Shown: piece by piece, positions 57,683-64,000 of the stretch | How the letters are laid out: every line of letters starts with the position of its first letter | Position numbering within the stretch: position 1 is the stretch's first letter | Origin: a virus | Lineage: Duplodnaviria; Heunggongvirae; Uroviricota; Caudoviricetes | DNA length: 64,000 nucleotides | IMG/VR virus record: IMGVR_UViG_3300017971_000191 | Strand: one strand, 5' to 3' | Notes under the pieces: model-generated | Told to the model about the DNA's origin: nothing | Databases searched by the model: none | Seen by the model: only the letters and a program-made list of their open reading frames with translations | Made by a program: the position numbers and the translations under genes

Positions 57683-57705
57683 AACGTAAGATACGATCTT
57701 ACGTT
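57683..57705. terminator. Perfect 10-bp inverted repeat between convergent genes
   Basis: aacgtaagat-acg-atcttacgtt. Confidence 0.55.
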
Positions 57706-60151
57706 ACTCCCGCACGACGAGGGGGTCGGGCAGGCCGTCCAGAACGGGCGGCAGCCAGCCTCGTTGATGGCTCATCTGAATCAGAGCCTCCTGATGAATC
57801 TGCCGGAGACCCAAGGCCTCGACGGCTTCGAGGGGGGCGTCCGGATTTCCAGCGCGCAAATGCCTAGTGCTGGCCTTCAACGCCTTCACGGGGACCTTCC
57901 GGCTCCGCAGCCAGGCCATCATGCTGGCGTGGACGCTGTGCCAGGGGGTCTCCTTCTCCGGGATCTCCCAGTCTCGCCGGCTCAGCCAGCGAAGATAGTC
58001 GGGCAGGATCATCTCCACCGGCATCGAGGCCAGCCGGCCCAGGTCGAGCCCCGGGGGTCGGTAGACGGAGATGATGTCCCCGCCGGCCCACCTGACGATG
58101 GGCGCCCCCGCTGCGGTGGTGATCGCAAAGACTCCCTGGTGGTCGGTCTCCAGCAGCCACCTCTGCAAAGTGCCTATTCTCGACATCTTCACAAATACGG
58201 GCCACTGATGGGGCCATTTGAGCTGAAACTTGCGCGGAGCCTCGGCCGCGTGGCGGAGGATCGTCTCAGGAAGCCCCAGACGACGCAGGAGAGCCGCCAT
58301 TGCGTTGAACGACCCGTCCACGCCCAGGACGACCTTGGGACCGGGACGCCCTGTAGGCCACGCTACGGCGGCCTCAGCGGCACATACGGCCACCCCCCAT
58401 GCGAACTCGGCCTCGGGTCCGGTCTGGGCCAGCTTCTCGGCCATTTTCCTCCCGAACCGGGGGGTATGGGTATCTGGAGCTTGGATCGACCTCGCCATCA
58501 GCTTCGGGTCGCACTCGGAGAGCTTCCCGTTGGCAATTCGGTAGTGCCGCATCTGGAAGCCTTTGCCGTCCCAGCCGAGCTGCTCGTGGCCCCACTCGAT
58601 CTGCGGCTCGTGGAAGGCCAGGGCGATCTCCTTCAGAAACTTGGCCCCCTTGCTCTTGGCGATCTGCTGCTGGCACTGCTCCAGGGCGAGCTGGGCAACC
58701 CGGGTGCTGAACTTCTCCTTCTCGTCGACGAGGAAGGGCACGCGAGTCTTACGGGTGAGCAGGTAACCCTCGTACTCGGTCGGGGCTTGCCGGTGAAGGA
58801 TGACCCGTTCGATGCGCACAACACCATCCAGCAGCAGGCTGCCTTTGCTGGTGAACCAGCGATCGTTCCGCTCGACGATGGGCATGTCGCCTCGTACGAC
58901 GGCCTCGCGGACGTGAAGCCGGGGCCGCTGACGAAGTGGGGAGGTGGACGGCAGACACGCCTGGACGGCCTTCAGCAACTCGGGGTCGATCTCCTGGAGC
59001 CGGCGGAAGAGGGTTAGCGTCTCGCTCTCCGCCGCCCGCCGGAGCCAGCTCCGCATCGCCTCACGCCACGGCTTGGCCTTCACCTGTAGCCGGCGAACCA
59101 GGTCGGTGATCGCCTGAGCGCGGAGGAAGTGGCCGACACGCTCGCGGCTGATCCGCTCGGGTCCAGCCACAATCAGGTCGGCGTCGAAGTGCCAACAATG
59201 CAGCAAGGTCTCCGGGGAGAGCTTCATGTCCCAGAAGATCAGCCGGCGGCCGTTCAGCGCCGACCAGGAGCCGCTGGTGCCGTTCTCCCCGGCCCGCCAG
59301 GCTACGATCGGCAGCGGCCGGAGCGAGCTGCTGAAGTTCCTGGCTTGCATCCCGCACATCAGCAGCGGGTCCTGGACGGCCACGGTGTAGGTGGTCGGGT
59401 ACTCCAAGGCGGCCGGTAGGCCAGCAATGCCGCTGTCGATCTCGCTGCGCTGGGCCAGGTAGAACTTGCGGTCGGCGGGGCGGGCCTCGCGACCGATGAA
59501 CAGCAATCCCGAGATGAGCCCCGGGGCGGCGAAGTAGGGGATCACCAGGACATCGTCCCAGCCTTTACCGGGGAACAGTTCGTGCTTGTGCTTGCTCCTG
59601 GGCTGCGTCTTGGTGGCATTACGGAAGGCCCGGTAGGCCCGGTTGGCTGAGCAGGAGCCGAAGAACGTCGCTGGTCCGGCGAGCTGCCGCTCCTGGCTGC
59701 CGATATTGCCCACCAGCATCAGCTTCTGCCGCAGGTAGCGAATCCGATCGGACTGCTCGAAGACCAGATGATGACGGCAGTGCTCCCAGAACTGGGCGAG
59801 CTTGGCCTGGCGGCGGACACGGAGACTGAACGACTCGGCCGGCTCCGGGGCGAGCAGCTTGGGTGGGACGTCGATCCCCTCGTAGCTCAGGCGAGTAAGG
59901 GCGTCGACGGGAGGGATCTCCCAGACGGCGGCGGCCAGGGAGAGCATGTCTCCCGAGCTTTTGCAATCAAAGCAGTAGTGCCACGCCCCGCGGGTTGTGG
60001 TATCCTGGTGGATACTCAGACGCTCGCCCGAGCAGAGTGGGCAGCGCGTCGTGAGGGGCAAGGCACGACCACGGACAGGAACCCCGAGCGCGTGCAGCAC
60101 TTGATGCCACGCCACACGGATGTTCAGCTCTTTCAAGAGGGGAAACGACAT
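57704..60151 (-). CDS. Large protein with N-terminal primase-type Zn finger and degenerate TOPRIM-like region
   Basis: CPLC...HYCFDC..SGD; LVIPY; VAVQDP; LIFWD. Confidence 0.6.
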   Translation of the reverse strand: MSFPLLKELNIRVAWHQVLHALGVPVRGRALPLTTRCPLCSGERLSIHQDTTTRGAWHYCFDCKSSGDMLSLAAAVWEIPPVDALTRLSYEGIDVPPKLLAPEPAESFSLRVRRQAKLAQFWEHCRHHLVFEQSDRIRYLRQKLMLVGNIGSQERQLAGPATFFGSCSANRAYRAFRNATKTQPRSKHKHELFPGKGWDDVLVIPYFAAPGLISGLLFIGREARPADRKFYLAQRSEIDSGIAGLPAALEYPTTYTVAVQDPLLMCGMQARNFSSSLRPLPIVAWRAGENGTSGSWSALNGRRLIFWDMKLSPETLLHCWHFDADLIVAGPERISRERVGHFLRAQAITDLVRRLQVKAKPWREAMRSWLRRAAESETLTLFRRLQEIDPELLKAVQACLPSTSPLRQRPRLHVREAVVRGDMPIVERNDRWFTSKGSLLLDGVVRIERVILHRQAPTEYEGYLLTRKTRVPFLVDEKEKFSTRVAQLALEQCQQQIAKSKGAKFLKEIALAFHEPQIEWGHEQLGWDGKGFQMRHYRIANGKLSECDPKLMARSIQAPDTHTPRFGRKMAEKLAQTGPEAEFAWGVAVCAAEAAVAWPTGRPGPKVVLGVDGSFNAMAALLRRLGLPETILRHAAEAPRKFQLKWPHQWPVFVKMSRIGTLQRWLLETDHQGVFAITTAAGAPIVRWAGGDIISVYRPPGLDLGRLASMPVEMILPDYLRWLSRRDWEIPEKETPWHSVHASMMAWLRSRKVPVKALKASTRHLRAGNPDAPLEAVEALGLRQIHQEALIQMSHQRGWLPPVLDGLPDPLVVRE

Positions 60152-61340
60152 GCCTTCACAATCCGTTGCTGTCCTCGATCCGCCCTCGGACGCCAACCGC
60201 GAAGAACTCGCACGCCTGGTGAAGGTGTACGACTTTCCGCCGTTCGTCAAGCGGGCCGACCTTCAAGCGACCATGCAGCCGGACCGTATCGCGGTGACCA
60301 CCTACGCGGACCCGCGACACCGGCGCTATCCCTGCCACTCGGCAGCCGCAACCTGGTTGTCCGGGCTCTACTTCGAGGAGAAGAGAGCCGAGTACCATCC
60401 TAAGGATCAAGAGCGGATTTCGCAACGCCTGCGCCATTACGCAGACTACTTCGGGATCATGCCCCACTACGAGAGGATGGTCAAAGCAGCCGCCGAGATG
60501 CACAAGGAAGCCGATCTGCCGGATTCCTCCTACGCCTATGTGTGGGTCGACGGCGACGGCAAAAAGGAGCGGCATCTGCCTCTCCGCTCGGCCATGGAGG
60601 TCAAGGCAGCCGCGGAGTGGCTCCACAAGTACCAGGATCGCCTGCCCTACCACGACCGCAACACCTGCGCGGTCAAGATCCTGGAGAAGGCTGCCGAGTT
60701 CGGCGCCGGCATCGAGTCCCGGTTGACCGACTACCTGGAGAAGCAGGCCGGCATGGGCGTCTGCGACCCGGTCGAGGTCTACACGATGATTATGCAGCGG
60801 GCCAAGCTGACGAAGTCCGCGGCTTATCGGGAGCAGATCGAGAAGCTGGCGGCCACGGTCAAGGACAAGCCCCGGGTGGCCTTCGCGCCGGAGCAGATGG
60901 TCAAGCTGGCCGTCACCATGGACACGGTCGACCGTGCCCTGAATCTCGACGGCCGCTACGGGAACATCATCAAGCGGCCCGAAGACGTGATCTTCAAGGC
61001 CACGTTCACGAAGCTCGCGGCGGATCGGGCAGAGCTGTGCGCCCTGACGACTGGCAACGTCTACTCCAAGGAGCAGCTTGCCAAAGTCTCGGCCGACGAC
61101 TTGGAGGCACTCTTCGGGACGGACTTCTTGAATGAGGTCCGACTCGGAGGAGACATCGTCGACACTGAGAAGTTCGCTGAGGTTGCACACACCCTGCCGC
61201 GACCCGACGCGGAGTTGCTCGACAAGCTGATGGCCGAGACCGGCCTGACGCCGACAATGCAGAAAGCGGCCAGCGTCACGCACGGCCTCAGCAACGAGGA
61301 GCTGGAGCAGCTCGCGGCTGCTTACGAGACTCCGTCGTAA
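60150..61340 (+). CDS. Probable virion/head-associated protein rich in K-x-A motifs
   Basis: GAGGG RBS; same strand as the terminase; 13 KxA motifs. Confidence 0.55.
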   Translation: MPSQSVAVLDPPSDANREELARLVKVYDFPPFVKRADLQATMQPDRIAVTTYADPRHRRYPCHSAAATWLSGLYFEEKRAEYHPKDQERISQRLRHYADYFGIMPHYERMVKAAAEMHKEADLPDSSYAYVWVDGDGKKERHLPLRSAMEVKAAAEWLHKYQDRLPYHDRNTCAVKILEKAAEFGAGIESRLTDYLEKQAGMGVCDPVEVYTMIMQRAKLTKSAAYREQIEKLAATVKDKPRVAFAPEQMVKLAVTMDTVDRALNLDGRYGNIIKRPEDVIFKATFTKLAADRAELCALTTGNVYSKEQLAKVSADDLEALFGTDFLNEVRLGGDIVDTEKFAEVAHTLPRPDAELLDKLMAETGLTPTMQKAASVTHGLSNEELEQLAAAYETPS

Positions 61341-61365
61341 CGACACTCGCCACGGAGGGCTGAAG

Positions 61366-62166
61366 GTGTCCGGTAATCCGCTTGGATTGCAGACCTACCG
61401 CGGTCTGCGCATTTCCCCCAATGCAATCGGGGGACAGAACGACTTCGACAACTTCAAGCTCCTTGCGGATCGCGTGGCCGCGCTGCAAGCAGGTGGCGGC
61501 GAGTTCGATCCCACTGATCTTGAAAACGCGATTGCTGCGTTGGAAGCCGAGCAGACCGTACAAGACGGCCGGCTGGATGGCATCGACGGGGACCAGACTA
61601 CGCAGGATGACCGGCTGGACGCCCTGGAAGGTGCCCAGATCGGCCCGGACAACATCCGCTGGGACGACATGCTGATGTCGGGCTTGGCGTTCGAGAAGGG
61701 CACAGTCGCCCCGGACTTGATTGCCTTCGGTGCCGACGCTGAAGCCAAAGTCTACGGCTTCGCCCCCGACCGAACGGAGTTTATGTACTCCATCATCCAG
61801 TTTGCTCACCGGATGAAAGCCGGCTCGGAGGTCCGCCCTCACGTTCACTGGACTCCCACGGACGCCGGGGCCGGGGGCGTTGTCTGGGCGCTCCGCTACG
61901 CCTGGGCGAGTATCGGAGAGGCCTTCTCTTTCACCACAATCACGGCCGATCCCGACGCCGCGGGGGGAACGGCCTGGGAACATCAAGTAGCTGCCTTGCC
62001 CGCTATCGAGACGGGCAAAGCGGAAAGCTCCATCATGGTGCTCGTACTGCTGCGAGACCACGACGTTGAAGGGGACGACTACAATGCCGACGCCGCCTTT
62101 CTCCACTTCGATATTCACTACCAAGTGGAAAAGATGGGTACGGTCAACGAGTACCCTGCTGCCTAG
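61366..62166 (+). CDS. Probable virion fibre/structural protein (short coiled coil + beta domain)
   Basis: Heptad repeats QDGRLDGID/QDDRLDALE; GGAGG RBS. Confidence 0.5.
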   Translation: MSGNPLGLQTYRGLRISPNAIGGQNDFDNFKLLADRVAALQAGGGEFDPTDLENAIAALEAEQTVQDGRLDGIDGDQTTQDDRLDALEGAQIGPDNIRWDDMLMSGLAFEKGTVAPDLIAFGADAEAKVYGFAPDRTEFMYSIIQFAHRMKAGSEVRPHVHWTPTDAGAGGVVWALRYAWASIGEAFSFTTITADPDAAGGTAWEHQVAALPAIETGKAESSIMVLVLLRDHDVEGDDYNADAAFLHFDIHYQVEKMGTVNEYPAA

Positions 62167-63041
62167 TCCTCCTGGAAGTAGTTCGGGTAGTCCCGAATGA
62201 GCTTCTGGATTGCCTCGTCGACGTGGGTGCCCCGGGCAACAGCGGCCTGCCCGGGGATCTGGACCTCCGAGTCGTTGTCGTCACTGCTGACAATCCAGAC
62301 CGGCTTGCCGAGGACTTCGACGGTCAGGCAGCCCTTGGGGACGAGAACCGGCTCCGGCTGCGCGTCAGTCTTGCAGGTGTTGGAGATGTTGGGCCTGGCC
62401 GAAGAAAAGCGACCCGTCTCTTTTGCCTGCCAGTAGCGTGGACCGAACTCAACCGCGCCCCGGTTAGCAGCTTTGCCTTGGCAATCCGGATCGGTGCCTT
62501 GCAGCGTAACGAACTGGCTGATCTTCTCCAGCACCTCGCTGACGGGACCATGGCCCTGCTCCACCGTGGCACCGTGCTGATCCCGCAGGTGGAAAGTGAG
62601 TTCCGGCTCGTACGAGTCCCCGACGTACTCCGCCATGCTCAGGTAAGCCTCGTGCTCCCGGCCGGCGATGAAGACCTGGGCGGCAATATGCCCGGGGTCA
62701 TCATCCTCCCAGGCGCGATCGCCGAGGGGCTCGTACACCCAGGCGTGCCTTTTGCCCTCGTTGGTCATGAAGAAGGTGTGATCCTCTTCGGCATTGTCCA
62801 CCTCCCAGTCGACGACGACCAGGTCGATGTCCACCGGGCACTCGTATGCCTGTACGATTCCACCTTCTAGGTTGATGACCATGCGGGGTTGAGTCTCCCC
62901 GTATGTGGCCACAACACGAGCCATGCTCTCCGTGGAAACGAGTGCGCAGACCACGTCTTGCTCGTTGATCAAGGCCCAGTATTTGACCGTAGGGTCCAGC
63001 CTTTTTACGTCGGAGGGGGCGTTGCTGATGGTGAAGGGCAC
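62163..63041 (-). CDS. Hypothetical protein containing a PolA-like TGRxSSxxPN peptide
   Basis: AAGGAGG RBS, GTG start; QAKETGRFSSARPNISN. Confidence 0.6.
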   Translation of the reverse strand: MPFTISNAPSDVKRLDPTVKYWALINEQDVVCALVSTESMARVVATYGETQPRMVINLEGGIVQAYECPVDIDLVVVDWEVDNAEEDHTFFMTNEGKRHAWVYEPLGDRAWEDDDPGHIAAQVFIAGREHEAYLSMAEYVGDSYEPELTFHLRDQHGATVEQGHGPVSEVLEKISQFVTLQGTDPDCQGKAANRGAVEFGPRYWQAKETGRFSSARPNISNTCKTDAQPEPVLVPKGCLTVEVLGKPVWIVSSDDNDSEVQIPGQAAVARGTHVDEAIQKLIRDYPNYFQED

Positions 63042-63271
63042 TTGTGCCTCCTTTGTTCGCAGGGGAGACAGCGATTGACGCCGTCTTCACCAGCGACGAG
63101 TTGATAGTCTTGCCTGGGACAGGTCTCGCACTGTTGCAGGACAAGTTTGCGCTCCTTGAGCTTCTCCGCCTCGTAGGCGTTCTGGAGCCCGATGGGCTCG
63201 TACATGGCGACGATGGCATCCCCGTGCAACGGGGCACCGATCCGCGGCCCTATGAGAAATTGCGCGTACAT
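63005..63271 (-). CDS. Small Zn-finger hypothetical protein
   Basis: CETC...CLPC. Confidence 0.5.
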   Translation of the reverse strand: MYAQFLIGPRIGAPLHGDAIVAMYEPIGLQNAYEAEKLKERKLVLQQCETCPRQDYQLVAGEDGVNRCLPCEQRRHKCPSPSATPPPT

Positions 63272-63293
63272 GGTCTCATTCCCGATCGGGAAT

Positions 63294-63311
63294 CTCAAAA
63301 CCGCTTTTGAG
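63294..63311. repeat. Intergenic palindromic element, copy 6
   Basis: CTCAAAACCGCTTTTGAG after the stop at 63315. Confidence 0.9.
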
Positions 63312-63314
63312 GTT

Positions 63315-63578
63315 CTAAGTATCCTTCAACCCCGCCGTCTTGGCGATGCTTTCCCGATCGGGAAGATCATCATCCTCGCTGCGGAGCCGCTGGTGGATCT
63401 TGTGACGGAGCTTGTTGGCCCTGTCGATCAGGCTGTCCAGGTAGTCGATGGCCTCCTCCCCGGCCTCCTCGTCGTCGTCGAAGAGGAAACGCTGGGTGAG
63501 ATCTTCGATACTGAGGACATCTGCTTTGAGGCCGCGGCTGTGCGTCCGCACGGCCATGCCTCCTTTTTTCTTAGCCAT
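63315..63578 (-). CDS. Hypothetical protein
   Basis: 87-aa ORF. Confidence 0.55.
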   Translation of the reverse strand: MAKKKGGMAVRTHSRGLKADVLSIEDLTQRFLFDDDEEAGEEAIDYLDSLIDRANKLRHKIHQRLRSEDDDLPDRESIAKTAGLKDT

Positions 63579-63831
63579 CGCGTTTTCCGAACTGCTCTTC
63601 GAGCTTGGTCACGATCTCGGGCGTGATCATCGTTCCAGCGTCACCAAGATCTCCCCTGGTGGCGAAGTATTCTGCCATATCTCCTTTGGAGGAGCCCTGC
63701 CAGTCCACGCCAGGCGTCAGCCGGTGACGTCGAATGAAGACGTGGATCTGGTGGCCCGTGGCATTGACCCGCATGAAGCGGTTGTAATCGGCGATTGCAG
63801 CGCGGCGAATAGCGCGTTCGTCGGGGGTCAT
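63571..63831 (-). CDS. Hypothetical protein
   Basis: Start MTPDER; GAGG RBS. Confidence 0.5.
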   Translation of the reverse strand: MTPDERAIRRAAIADYNRFMRVNATGHQIHVFIRRHRLTPGVDWQGSSKGDMAEYFATRGDLGDAGTMITPEIVTKLEEQFGKRDG

Positions 63832-64000
63832 AGATTTTCCTCGCGGAAACACCCACGCCGCTGTCGCAGGACAGTACGACCTCGGTACTCTCCTTCTTGT
63901 AGGATCTCATTCGCACGCTTCAGCAGCTCGTTGGTGACGAGCCGGAAAGCGGGATGAGGAATGATCAGGATAGGACCGCCCCACAAAGATGAGACGGCCT

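Noticed and set aside
1-64000. tRNA/rRNA genes, CRISPR arrays, stop-codon reassignment
   Set aside because: None recognised; genes end normally at TAA, TAG and TGA.

Overview
This 64 kb window looks like part of a large, GC-rich tailed dsDNA phage genome. Genes are densely packed, often with overlapping start/stop codons, and nearly all lie on the minus strand. The likely host is a planctomycete-like bacterium; this is inferred from my recall of the style of the TatA, RimI-like and alpha-CTD genes, not from a search. The window has four parts: (1) DNA modification and nucleotide metabolism (MTase, two PAPS-reductase-family proteins, ThyX, Tmk, Dcd, glycosyltransferase); (2) a replication/recombination block (RuvC-like resolvase, DEDD exonuclease, RecA/UvsX, SSB-like protein, UDG-fused family A DNA polymerase, primase, DnaB-like helicase, SF2 helicase, SbcCD); (3) about 17 kb of small accessory genes; (4) a plus-strand gpA-like terminase and probable virion genes. 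The best candidate for a new system sits between the SF2 helicase and SbcC: a standalone RAMP/Cas7-like gene next to an IS110/Nop-like (Tas-like) gene, followed by a structured 140-nt non-coding interval, with no CRISPR array. Other notable signals are an 18-bp palindrome CTCAAAA-(CCGC/GCGG)-TTTTGAG at six gene junctions, a polymerase-motif peptide inside an unrelated protein, strong K-x-A enrichment in a probable virion protein, and phased 11-bp repeats just downstream of the terminase. All family calls come from motifs read by eye; no database searches were run.
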